DNA of 64,000 nt, taken from an uncultured delta proteobacterium (lineage in GTDB: Bacteria; Desulfobacterota; RBG-13-43-22). Position numbers and translations under genes: made by a program. Positions 42,737-52,822 of the stretch are shown here, piece after piece. Under the pieces are notes generated by a model, which saw only the letters and a list, made by a program, of their open reading frames with translations, was not told the DNA's origin and ran no database searches. Each line of letters opens with the position of its first letter. Position 1 is the stretch's first letter. The stretch is from contig CAVUPH010000007.1 of NCBI GenBank assembly GCA_963743305.1, positions 32,001-96,000 of the forward strand. Direction: 5' to 3'.

Positions 42737-45700
42737 ACCGGTAGCCACCACCCTGCTCACTCTGGGACTGGCCCTGGCCGGGATAATCGCCTTTCGGCTG
42801 CTGCCCGTATCGCCGTTGCCTCAGGTGGATTTCCCCACCATCCAGGTCTCGGCGGGCTTGCCCGGGGCGGACCCCGAGACCATGGCCACCTCGGTGGCCG
42901 CCCCGCTGGAGCGACAGTTCGGGCGCATCGCCGGAGTCACCGAAATGACCTCCACCAGCTATCGGGGCTCTACGGGCATTGTCTTGCAGTTTGACCTGGA
43001 CCGCAATATCAACGGCGCGGCCAGGGACGTCCAGGCGGCCATCAACGCCGCCCGGGGTTTTCTGCCGGCCAACCTTCCCAGCAACCCCACCTACCGCAAG
43101 GTCAATCCGGCCGATGCCCCCGTCCTGATTGTCGCCCTGACCTCGGAAACGATCGCTACGGCCAAGCTTTATGACGCGGCCTCGAGCATCATGCAGCAGA
43201 AACTTTCCCAGGTGGAGGGCGTGGGCCAGGTATTTATCGGCGGCAGTTCCCTGCCGGCCGTACGAGTGGAGTTGAACCCGACGGCCTTAAATAAATACGG
43301 GATCAGTCTGGAAGACGTTCGGGGCGTCTTGAGCCGGACCACGGTAAACCGGCCTAAAGGCCAGTTGTTTAACCAGGAAAAGACCTGGGAGATCCAGACC
43401 AACGACCAGCTCCGTACCGCGGACCAGTATCTGCCCTTGGTCATCAGTTACCGGGCCGGCGCCGCCCTCCGACTAACCGATGTGGGCCGGGTGACCGACT
43501 CGGTGGAAGACCTGCGCACCGCCGGGATGGTCAACGGAAAACCCGCGGTGATGGCGGTCATTTTTCGACAGCCCGGCGCCAACATCATCGAAACGGTCGA
43601 TCGGGTCAAGGCCCTGCTGCCCCAGCTTAAGGCCGCCCTGCCCGGGGAAGTGGAATTTTCCGTCGTTTCCGACCGGACCCCTCCCATCCGGGGTTCCTTG
43701 AGAGACGTGGAACGGGCTTTGCTGATCTCCTTCCTGCTGGTCATCCTGGTGGTCTTCGGCTTCTTAAGGAGCTTCCGTTCCACCATCATTCCGGGCGTGG
43801 CCGTGGCCGTCTCCCTGATCGGCACCTTTGGGGTGATGTACCTGTTCGGCTACAACCTGGACAACCTTTCCCTGATGGCCCTGACCGTGGCCACGGGGTT
43901 TGTGGTCGATGACGCCATCGTGGTCCTGGAAAACATTACCCGCCATATCGAAGCGGGCGTCCCCCCCCGGGAGGCCGCCTTCCAGGGGGCCCGGGAAATC
44001 GGCTTTACCGTTTTGTCCATGAGTACCTCCCTGGTGGCCGTTTTCATTCCCATCCTGCTGATGGGCGGTATGGTGGGCCGATTGTTCCGTGAGTTTGCAG
44101 TCACCCTGTCCGCGGCCATCATGGTCTCTCTGGTGGTTTCCCTCACCACCACGCCGATGATGTGCGCCGCCTTCCTCAAGTCCGGGAAAGCCGGGGCCCA
44201 TGGTCACTGGTATAAATTCAGTGAGGGCGTTTTTAACTGGATGCACCGACGCTACGAAATCACCTTGGGCTGGGCCCTGCGTCACTCCCGGTTCATGCTT
44301 CTGCTGATGCTTATGACCCTGTTGATCAACGGTGTTCCTCTTTATCGTCGTCCCCAAGGGGTTCTTCCCGGAACAGGATACCGGCCGGATTGCCGGTACC
44401 ATTCAGGCCGAACAGGACATATCCTTTCAGGCCATGCGGGCCAAGCTGGCCCAAATATTGGACATCATCAAATCAGACCCGGAAGTGGTCTATGCCGCGG
44501 GTTTTACCGGGGGCGGGGGGGGCGGAGGTTCGGCGGCCAATACCGGCCGGATGTTTATTACCCTGAAACCCTTCGAGGAGCGGACATCCACTATCGGTCA
44601 GGCGATTGCCCGGCTGCGTAAAAAACTGGTCCAGGTGCCCGGCGCCCCGACCTATCTTCAGCCGGTCCAGGACCTGCGTATCGGAGGGAGGCTCAGTAAT
44701 GCTATGTATCAATATACCCTCCAGGGTGACAATTTAGCCGACCTGACGACCTGGGCCCCCCGCATCGTTCAGCGGCTGCGCGACCTGCCGGGTCTGGTGG
44801 ATGTGAGCAGCGACCAACAGAACAAGGGGCGGGAGGCCCGGTTGGAAATCGACCGGCCTACGGCCTCGCGGCTGGGGATCACCCCCCAGATGATCGACAA
44901 CGTCCTCTACGACGCCTTTGGACAGCGGCAGGTGGCCATCAATTATACGCTGTTAAACCAATACCACTTGATCATGGAGCTGGCCCCGGAATATTGGCAG
45001 CAACCGGAAACGCTCAAAGATATTTATGTCCGCGGGACCAATCAGGCCATGGCGCCTTTAAGTGCCTTCAGCCGGTTCGAGCGCCGGGCCACTTCCCTGG
45101 CCGTCAACCACCAAAGTCAGTTCCCGGCGGTAACCCTCTCTTTCAATTTGCTGCCGGGAAAAGCGCTCGGGGAGGCCGTAACGGCTGTAGAAACCGCCAC
45201 CCATCAAATGGGAATGCCGGCCTCCATCCGGGGCAGCTTTTCAGGGACGGCTCAGGCCTTTCAGGCCTCTTTGGCCAACCAGCCCCTGCTCATTCTGGCG
45301 GCCCTGGTGACGGTTTATATCGTCCTGGGCATCCTTTATGAGAGCTATATCCATCCCCTCACCATTCTCTCCACTTTGCCCTCAGCCGGGGTGGGGGCCC
45401 TGCTGGCCCTGCTGATTTTCCGCACCGACCTAAGCATTATCGCCTTTATCGGGATTATCCTGCTGATCGGCATCGTCAAAAAGAACGGGATCATGATGGT
45501 GGACTTCGCCGTAGAGTCTGAGCGTCAGGAAGGGAAAAGCCCGGAGGAAGCCATCTATCAGGCCTGTTTGTTACGGTTCCGCCCGATCATGATGACCACC
45601 ATGGCGGCCCTGTTCGGCGCTCTCCCCCTGGCCCTGGGCCGGGGCGTAGGTTCGGAGCTTCGCCGTCCCCTCGGTATCGCCATCGTCGGCGGACTGGTTA

Positions 45701-45831
45701 TCAGTCAGATGCTCACCCTCTATACGACACCCGTCATGTATCTCTATCTTGATCGGTTCAGGCTTCGTCTGAAAGGGTTGAGGCAAAAACGCCCTCGGGA
45801 AGCCATAGGAAATAGTCCGGAAATTGTGTGA
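42708..45831 (+). pseudogene. mdtC: RND permease MdtC/MuxC split by a 1-nt insertion near 44331 (real or assembly error)
   Basis: ORFs 42708-44621 and 44332-45831 join as ..LLIN|VFLFIVVPKGFFPEQD when one G is removed from ATCAACGGTGTTC. Confidence 0.85.
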
Positions 45832-45840
45832 GGTGACGAT

Positions 45841-47280
45841 GTGAAGATCATTACCCGGAGAATAAAGTTGATGGGGACAGCGGCGCTGTTTCTCTTGTTC
45901 GCCGCCTGCGTGGTGGGGCCCGACTATCGAAGACCCGACGCTCCCGTGCCGGAAGCCTACAAAGAAAACGCCGCTTGGAAAACGGCTCAGCCGGCCGATG
46001 CCGTCACCCGGGGGGCCTGGTGGGAAGTCTTCGACGATCCGCAGTTGAACGGCCTGGAAGAGCAAATAAACCTTTCGAATCAGACCGTCAAAGCGGCCGA
46101 GGCCCAGGTCCGTCAGGCCCTGGCGCTGGTTCAGATGGCCAGGGCCAGTTATTTTCCCTTCGTCACCGGCGGCGTCTCCTTTACGCGGTCGGAGAGTTCC
46201 GCCACTCTCACCAAGAGCCAGGCGGTCGGGGGCAGCACCACTTCGGATTATCTCTTGCCCGTCAATCTGTCCTGGGAGGCCGATGTCTGGGGACGCATCC
46301 GCCGCACGGTCGAGGCCAGCCGGGACAGCGCCGAGGCGAGCGCCGCCGATCTCGAATCCGCCCGTCTGAGCGCGCAGAGCGCGCTGGCCCAAGCCTATTT
46401 TCAATTGCGAACGGTGGACACCCAGAGGCAGCTTTTCCAGGCGACGGTTACCGCCTACCAAAAGGCGCTGCAGTTGACCCAAAACCGTTACGGCGGCGGT
46501 GTGGCGGGGAAGGCCGATGTGCTCCAGTCGCAGACGCTTCTGGAGTCCACCCAGGCCCAGCTTATCGACCTGGGCGTGCAGCGCGCGCAGTTGGAGCACG
46601 CCCTGGCGCTCCTTATCGGGAAGCCGGCGTCGGCCTTCTCACTGGCGGAGACTCCGTCTAACCTAGTCCCGCCCGCCGTACCGGTCGCCCTGCCGTCGGA
46701 GCTTCTCGAGCGAAGGCCCGACATCGCGGCCGCGGAGCGGCGAGTAGCCGCGGCCAACGCGCAGATCGGCGTGGCCACCGCCGCCTTTTTCCCGAGATTT
46801 ACCCTGGGCTTATTGGGCGGGTATGAAAGCGGCGTCGCTGCCAACTGGCTTACCTGGCCGAGTCACTTCTGGTCGCTGGGGCCGGCCCTGGCGCAGACGC
46901 TCTTTGCCGGCGGCTCGCTTCGAGCTCTGACCGACCAGGCGCGGGCGGCCTACGACGGCGCGGCGGCGTCTTACCGTCAGACCGTGCTGACGGGATTTCA
47001 GGAGGTCGAGGACAACCTGGCGGCGCTGCGTCTCCTGGAAGGGGAAGCGCGGGTGCAGGAGGCGGCGGTGCAGGCGGCGCAGCAATTGCTCACGGTGACC
47101 ATGAACCAGTACCGGGCAGGGATAGTGAGCTATCTCAACGTGATTGTGGCGCAGACGACGGCCTTGGCGAATGAACGGGCGGCGGTAGATATTGCCGGGC
47201 GGAGGATGACGGCAACGGTACTGCTCATCAAGGCCCTGGGCGGCGGGTGGGCAGCGGCAGCATCTGCGTCAGGATTATAG
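45841..47280 (+). CDS. Outer membrane efflux lipoprotein (NodT/OprM family)
   Basis: Lipobox LFAAC, VGPDY, WEADVWGRIRR, PSELLERRPDI, LIKALGGGW. Confidence 0.92.
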   Translation: MKIITRRIKLMGTAALFLLFAACVVGPDYRRPDAPVPEAYKENAAWKTAQPADAVTRGAWWEVFDDPQLNGLEEQINLSNQTVKAAEAQVRQALALVQMARASYFPFVTGGVSFTRSESSATLTKSQAVGGSTTSDYLLPVNLSWEADVWGRIRRTVEASRDSAEASAADLESARLSAQSALAQAYFQLRTVDTQRQLFQATVTAYQKALQLTQNRYGGGVAGKADVLQSQTLLESTQAQLIDLGVQRAQLEHALALLIGKPASAFSLAETPSNLVPPAVPVALPSELLERRPDIAAAERRVAAANAQIGVATAAFFPRFTLGLLGGYESGVAANWLTWPSHFWSLGPALAQTLFAGGSLRALTDQARAAYDGAAASYRQTVLTGFQEVEDNLAALRLLEGEARVQEAAVQAAQQLLTVTMNQYRAGIVSYLNVIVAQTTALANERAAVDIAGRRMTATVLLIKALGGGWAAAASASGL

Positions 47281-47348
47281 CGCGGCTACCGATAGCCTGA
47301 GGGCAGACGGTTCCGGTTAAGTTCATGTTCAAAAGGGGATTAGGCCGT

Positions 47349-47915
47349 TCATCCTTTGATGCGCTGATGTTTTTTTTCGTCCCCGCCCTCCGCATCAGCG
47401 CCGGAGGAGTGCTGGACGCCGAGCAACCAAAATAAGAAGGCCAAAATCACGGTCAGGAAGAAGAGCGTGAAGGCCAGCGGTTGCCCGTGCCACAACCCGC
47501 CAAACCATTCCCGAAACTGTGTAATCAGAAGATTACCTTTGCCGCCATAGACCTCTAATTCGCGCAAATATTTTTTGGTATCTAGAAGATTGTAGCCCAG
47601 CGGGTTTGGAACGGCAGGCCCAGCGGTGACATAAACCATGATGGAACCACTCAGGCCAATAACGAAAATCATGACGGCTATCGCTTTAGCCCGGGTCGCT
47701 ATCCGTTCGAGGCCCTTGGGAGCGTATCCCTCTTTTTTGAGAAGATATTTTTGAATCGTATCTAATTCACCCCCGGAGAGAGGGTGGCCGCGCTTTCGGA
47801 GTTCCAGGGCCGCCAGTTCAACGGCTTCCAGTCGATATTTTGAATAATGGGCTATATATTCCTTAAGTTCCGCATCTGAAAGAGTGGGGATCCTGGTATA
47901 AAATGGTTCTGCCAT
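47349..47915 (-). CDS. Hypothetical 2-TM membrane protein
   Basis: Open frame with RBS before ATG 47915; two hydrophobic segments. Confidence 0.65.
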   Translation of the reverse strand: MAEPFYTRIPTLSDAELKEYIAHYSKYRLEAVELAALELRKRGHPLSGGELDTIQKYLLKKEGYAPKGLERIATRAKAIAVMIFVIGLSGSIMVYVTAGPAVPNPLGYNLLDTKKYLRELEVYGGKGNLLITQFREWFGGLWHGQPLAFTLFFLTVILAFLFWLLGVQHSSGADAEGGDEKKHQRIKG

Positions 47916-47934
47916 TGGCTTCCTGATCAATGGA

Positions 47935-48010
47935 GGCTTCGTCTTATGGGGTGGGTACCCCCCCCGAGATCTGACGAGGCCGTCCAGTCTCGGCGAAAGG
48001 GTTTTCCCTA
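47935..48010 (-). repeat. Copy C of ~75-bp dispersed repeat
   Basis: Reverse complement GGAAAACCCTTTCGCCGAGACTGGACGGCC..GGGGTACCCACCCCATAAGACGAAG. Confidence 0.75.
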
Positions 48011-48012
48011 TC

Positions 48013-48872
48013 TCAATTTAACTGGAAAGTCACATAGGACAGTTCCGCCTCCCGTTCCACTTGGAGGACCACGTAGCTGCCGGGTTTCAGGTGATGCAAG
48101 GCCGAATAAAGCGACTCGAGGCTGCTGATGGCCGTTCCATTCAGGGCGTGAATGATGTCCCCGGTGGTCAGGGAGTTCTTGGTCAACCCCCCGGATGCGG
48201 CCGTTTTGGCTACCACGACGACTCCGGAGCCCTGACGAATCCCCGGAAGGAGCGAAAGGACCTTTTCGTCGACGTTGAGGCCCACAATCCCCAATTTTCG
48301 CACCAGGTTCTTTTCAGGGTCCGCCAAATCAAACAGACGATCTACGTTTTCATGGTGCTCAATGACCTCCACGTCGAAGGACAACTTCTTCGTTCCACGC
48401 AGGACCTCCATTTTGACGTTCTCCCCGGGGTTGACTAGAAAGAAGCTGATTCCAAAAAGGGGGAGATTGTCGACCGGTCTCCCCTTGACCGTCAGTTGGT
48501 GACGATAAAGCCATCGGGATCGATGATGGCTCCAGATCCAATGCCTCGTTGTTTGCCAAAGACCAAACTCCCTGCTCGATGACTTTCATCATCCAAAGGC
48601 TTGAATCCTGTGACCAGTACCTGGACCACACTCGGGGAAACCTTTCTTACCAGGGCTTCCACGGAAGCATTGAATTGAATGAGGGCTTCGGGAGCCTGAG
48701 CCTTCTGGGCCGAATGGGCCCGCAACTCTCCGGCCAGCAAGGCGCACCCTACGCTGAAGATTACGAGACCTGGTCGCATCCTGCTCAGTCGAAACAACAG
48801 TCCTTGAAATCGGATCCACCCGAAATTCCCCACGTACAAGACCGGATTCCCCACTTTATTTTCAGCGATCAT
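48013..48872 (-). pseudogene. DegP/HtrA serine protease with internal deletion
   Basis: N-part ends VSPSVVQV..GSGAIIDPDGFIVTN*, fused out of frame to PDZ remnants (TVKGRPVDN.., GDIIHALNG..); catalytic His/Asp/Ser region absent. Confidence 0.8.
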
Positions 48873-48952
48873 CCTTCGCCTCTCTAGTCTGCGCTGGGTC
48901 CCTTGGTTCTATCTGGGAAAAGTATAGGGTAAGAAAAAAGACCGGTCAACTT

Positions 48953-49282
48953 CTAAAAGATGGAATAGGTAATGATGCCGCAGACCGCCACCATCAAAAT
49001 CAAACCCAGGATGAAGGCCCCATCGGCAATTTTTTCCAGGCGATGCATTCGACGAAGACTGCGCATTCGCAAGGCCCAATAAGCACAAAGACAGGAGCAG
49101 AGAAAGAAAAGGGCGTCGAGAGAAAGAAGGTCGTCGGCCAAGGTATTGATCTTCTGGGTGGAAATGACCACGCGAATCAGTCCGATAACCGTTAGGCAGA
49201 CGCCGACCATGGCGGCGGATACCGAAAAAAGGTGGATGGAAATGTCCTCTTCGAGCGGTTTAGGCATTCTGAGCTGAGGCAT
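48953..49282 (-). CDS. Hypothetical 3-TM membrane protein
   Basis: HLFSVSAAMVGVCLTVIGL, ADDLL, ADGAFILG hydrophobic segments. Confidence 0.7.
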   Translation of the reverse strand: MPQLRMPKPLEEDISIHLFSVSAAMVGVCLTVIGLIRVVISTQKINTLADDLLSLDALFFLCSCLCAYWALRMRSLRRMHRLEKIADGAFILGLILMVAVCGIITYSIF

Positions 49283-49372
49283 AGGTTCGGTCTCCAGGCG
49301 TGATCCGGGGGGAAAGGTGGTCCAGTCGGGTAGGAAGCGCCTTTCCCCGTAGTGATCAAGGATGCTTAGGGG

Positions 49373-49822
49373 TTATGGGGTAGCTTCTTCCTTTTTAGGT
49401 GATTTACCGACAAATTCCGGATAGAGTAATTGCAGACAGTCAGGGCAAATAGAATGGCTAAACTTCGCCAGAGAATTTGCACTGATATAGTCTTCGAGGG
49501 TCTTCCAGTCCACATCCTGTCTAATCTTTTTGCATTTTGCACCAATGGGGATAAAACCCTCAAGAATCCTGATTTCCTTCACTAATTTTTTTTGAAAATA
49601 CCAAAAAGAAGAAGCGAGAACCAAGAAATAAATTACGACCTCAAATATAGCTTCGCCTCTGCGGTGGGAGAATTGTGTTGGTTCGTCGCCGAATAGGTAA
49701 TGGGGTAAGTCCAAAAGCTCATTGGCTATGGTCAAAAAAACAAATACGGTCAGCATAGCTAAAAATACCATCCAGATTTTCTTGTGAGCCCGTAAAGGCA
49801 ATGGATTATGACTTTTTGACAT
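49373..49822 (-). CDS. 2-TM membrane protein with C-terminal IPIxAxCKKIR..W..SHxICPxC domain
   Basis: Two TM segments, then ILEGFIPIGAKCKKIR..WKTLEDYIS..FSHSICPDC; GGAGG RBS. Confidence 0.8.
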   Translation of the reverse strand: MSKSHNPLPLRAHKKIWMVFLAMLTVFVFLTIANELLDLPHYLFGDEPTQFSHRRGEAIFEVVIYFLVLASSFWYFQKKLVKEIRILEGFIPIGAKCKKIRQDVDWKTLEDYISANSLAKFSHSICPDCLQLLYPEFVGKSPKKEEATP

Positions 49823-49843
49823 GGATCTGCCCTCCCTAGGGGT

Positions 49844-52003
49844 TTAATCAAATGCGGAGGCGACGATTTGCTGAAGGTCCTTCGGAGTGGTGGCCCCGAG
49901 GGCCTCCTGGGCCAGGGCTCGCGCCTGATCAATCGTCACCTGTCGGATAGCGTGACGTACCCGCGCCGCCAAAAATGGATTCAGACTGAGGTCCGTCACG
50001 CCCAGGCCCACCAACAGGCAGGCGACCACGGGATCACTGGCCGCTTCCCCGCAGACGGTTACCGCCACCCCCTGGTTCACGGCAGCACGGACTATCCGCT
50101 CCGTGGCCCGCAGCACGGAGGGATAGAGAAATGAAAGCACCCCCGAAGGTCCCTGCGATCCACGGTTCAGGGCCAAGATGGAGTGGGCGAGATCGTTGGT
50201 CCCGATGGAGACAAAATCCGCGATTTGCAGAATTCCCTGGATATCAAAGGCCGCGGCCGGAGTCTCGATCATGGCCCCGATAGGCGGTCGTTGGCTCAGT
50301 TGCTCGCTTTGCATTACTTCGTCCACCAAGCGGCAAGCCTCGCTCAAATCCGCCACGCCTATGACCATCGGGAACAAGATTTTCACGTCACCCCTTGGTG
50401 CGGCTCGGAGGATCGCCAGGATCTGGGTGCGGAACATGGTTTTCTCGGCCAGGGAATAGGCCAGACCGCGCAGGCCGGCGCGCAAAGCCAGATCGGTGGC
50501 GATGCCGTCAAAGCGCGGCATCTTGTCCCCCCCGAGATCCATCGTGCGGATGACGACCGGCCGCGGAGCAAGCAGGCCGGCCACCTCGGAATAGGCCGCT
50601 GTTTGCGTTTCCAGGTCCGGCGGTCGTTCCGCCTCCAGAAACAGGAACTCCGAGCGAAACAGGCCTACGCCATCCAGTCGATGCTCCAGGACTAGACAAG
50701 CTTCATCCGGACGGCCGATATTCGCCTGTAACCCGATCGCGACACCATCCTTGGTGATACAGGGCTGGATCGGCTCCTGCACGGTGGCCGCCCTGAACAG
50801 GGCGGATTGTGTCTGACGCGCCGCAAAGCGCGCCTTCTGGGCCGGGGTCGGGGCTACCGTAACGGTCCCCGCTTCGGCATCCACCAGCAACCGGTCCCCG
50901 GAGGCCAGCAGCGAGGTGGCGTCCTTGATGTCGCAGACGGCGGGAATATGTCTGACCCGGGTCAGGATCGCGACATGCGACGCGGGGCCCGTTCTCTCGG
51001 TGACGATGGCGGCGACGAGGGCCGGATCGATCTGCAGCGCATCAGACAAAAGGAGTTCTTCAGAGACTAAAATGGTTCCCGGCGGAAGGGCGGACAGGCG
51101 GTTCGAGGCCGAATGATCCGAAGTTCTGAGGTGGCGTAGAACTTGATGCCCCAAGTCGCGCACGTCAGCGCTGCGCTCCCGCAGGAATTCCTGTTTCAAC
51201 CCTTGGAGCCGCGCCTGCATCTCTCGGACCTCTGCCAGTACAGCCTGTTCAATCCCCACCAGATCCTGAGACACGCGCCGTTTGCATTGCTTCGTAAAGG
51301 AGGGGTCTTTGAGCATGGCCAGACGCATCTCCACCAGAGCGATCTCATCGTCTGCCTTTTGGCGTTCAAACCGCTTCCGAAGGGTATCCAACTCGTGGAT
51401 TGACGCCGTCAAGGCGCGGTCAAAGCGGTCACCCTCCGACTGCACCTCCTCCGGAGAAATGTTTGGCTCGCCGAGTGCGGATTCAGGCTCCGGCAGGTAG
51501 ACCACGGCCACTCCGTCGGCTAAGCCAGGGGAAACCCCGCGGCCTTGCATGGTCGTGCCTACCAATCGGGAAAAGGCGCGAAGATGCTGCATCTCTTCGT
51601 CCTTCGTCGTCAGGTCTTTTTTGATCTGTCTGGTCTCAATGGCTTTTCGGCCTACTAAGTAGGCATACAATGACAAGGCGAGCACTTCAATCGCGGCATT
51701 GATGCTTTCCAAGGGAAGTAATTCAGGTACCCGCCAATAGACTTCAAAATAGACCCTCAGCAGCGGAAGCCAGACGGATAAGACATAGGCCAGAGTCCTT
51801 CTGCCCATCCAGGCCGCCAGGCCAATCGGCAGAACATAAAGGAGAGGAAAGCGGATATCTCGTCCCGTGACCAAGTCAACGGACAAGGTAACCAGCGTGA
51901 CGAGTAGGCAAACGACCGTGGGGTTCCTCTCGGTGAGCTGTTTCATGGAACGCAGAGCAGTGGTCAGGTGTGCTTCCCTCCTCCTACCATTAGCCGCCAA
52001 CAA
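49844..52003 (-). CDS. PEP-protein phosphotransferase (PTS Enzyme I) with N-terminal multi-pass membrane domain
   Basis: ~120-aa hydrophobic N-terminus, then GVSPGLADG, RERSADVRD, GPASHVAIL, GVGLFRSEF, IRTMDLGGDK, MIETP, SIGTNDL, VCGE; true start uncertain (52003 or 51946). Confidence 0.9.
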   Translation of the reverse strand: MLAANGRRREAHLTTALRSMKQLTERNPTVVCLLVTLVTLSVDLVTGRDIRFPLLYVLPIGLAAWMGRRTLAYVLSVWLPLLRVYFEVYWRVPELLPLESINAAIEVLALSLYAYLVGRKAIETRQIKKDLTTKDEEMQHLRAFSRLVGTTMQGRGVSPGLADGVAVVYLPEPESALGEPNISPEEVQSEGDRFDRALTASIHELDTLRKRFERQKADDEIALVEMRLAMLKDPSFTKQCKRRVSQDLVGIEQAVLAEVREMQARLQGLKQEFLRERSADVRDLGHQVLRHLRTSDHSASNRLSALPPGTILVSEELLLSDALQIDPALVAAIVTERTGPASHVAILTRVRHIPAVCDIKDATSLLASGDRLLVDAEAGTVTVAPTPAQKARFAARQTQSALFRAATVQEPIQPCITKDGVAIGLQANIGRPDEACLVLEHRLDGVGLFRSEFLFLEAERPPDLETQTAAYSEVAGLLAPRPVVIRTMDLGGDKMPRFDGIATDLALRAGLRGLAYSLAEKTMFRTQILAILRAAPRGDVKILFPMVIGVADLSEACRLVDEVMQSEQLSQRPPIGAMIETPAAAFDIQGILQIADFVSIGTNDLAHSILALNRGSQGPSGVLSFLYPSVLRATERIVRAAVNQGVAVTVCGEAASDPVVACLLVGLGVTDLSLNPFLAARVRHAIRQVTIDQARALAQEALGATTPKDLQQIVASAFD

Positions 52004-52274
52004 TAGTTGGGTTCATCCACAGATTAGAGAATATTGTTCAATAAATCATTATTACCATTAGGGGCACAGGACCATAAAAAGGTTAAATAACCGATTAAAA
52101 ACCCCGGTTTCGTCCGCCCTAAAACCTCCCTTTTTCAATTACAGAATAGACTCATTATGCCAAGCGAGGAAAGCAAATTTAACCTAATGAAAAACTTCCT
52201 GGTCCAACCCATCATGACTAGGTAAGATTTGAGGATGTTTTATTGTCCAATTCAACCTGAAGAGGAGGATCCGT

Positions 52275-52784
52275 ATGAAAAAGATCGTTGTTTTCTTGCT
52301 TATCTGTTCGATGCTTGTTCTATTTGTTCCCGCCAAACAAGTGGAGGCTCGCGGCGGGTTAGGGTGGTTACTTCCCGGATTGATTATCGGCGGGGCCATC
52401 GGCTGGAGCCTAACCCCTCGATATTACTACCCACCGCGTTACTATTATCCGCCTCCAGCCTATTATTATCCCCCGCCCGCCTATGACTACCCGCCCCCGG
52501 CCTATAGTTCACCTCCGCCCCCACCCGATACCGCTTCGAGGGAAAGTGATCAGGCGTCGAAGTCAGGGGGCCGGATCTTCATCTATCCTCGCCAAGGTCA
52601 AACCGAGGAAAAATTAGAGCGTGATCGCAACGATTGCCACAACTGGGCCTTGGGCCAAACCGGATACGACCCAACCAAGCCGCCGCCCAGCGATATGTCT
52701 CCTGTTCAGATAGAACAAGAAAGTGCGGATTACCAGCGGGCCGTGGGGGCCTGCCTGGATGCCCGGGGATACACGGTCAGATAA
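52275..52784 (+). CDS. Secreted Pro/Tyr-rich protein with C-terminal Cys-containing domain
   Basis: Signal peptide, YYYPPP repeats, IYPRQGQ..DCHNWA..ACLDARGYTVR. Confidence 0.75.
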   Translation: MKKIVVFLLICSMLVLFVPAKQVEARGGLGWLLPGLIIGGAIGWSLTPRYYYPPRYYYPPPAYYYPPPAYDYPPPAYSSPPPPPDTASRESDQASKSGGRIFIYPRQGQTEEKLERDRNDCHNWALGQTGYDPTKPPPSDMSPVQIEQESADYQRAVGACLDARGYTVR

Positions 52785-52822
52785 TGGAAGTTCGAATTGT
52801 TTCTCAGAAAGGAGAAAATACA

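Noticed and set aside
44325-44345. Programmed ribosomal frameshift in mdtC
   Set aside because: No slippery heptamer or homopolymer at the junction
21730-46599. Long antisense/alternate ORFs (21730-23052, 28799-30136, 40466-41614, 41074-41919, 45571-46599)
   Set aside because: Shadow frames of well-supported GC-rich genes; no recognisable motifs
48492-48494. Selenocysteine/readthrough at the degP TGA
   Set aside because: Downstream homology is in another frame and a large segment is missing, so this is a deletion junction
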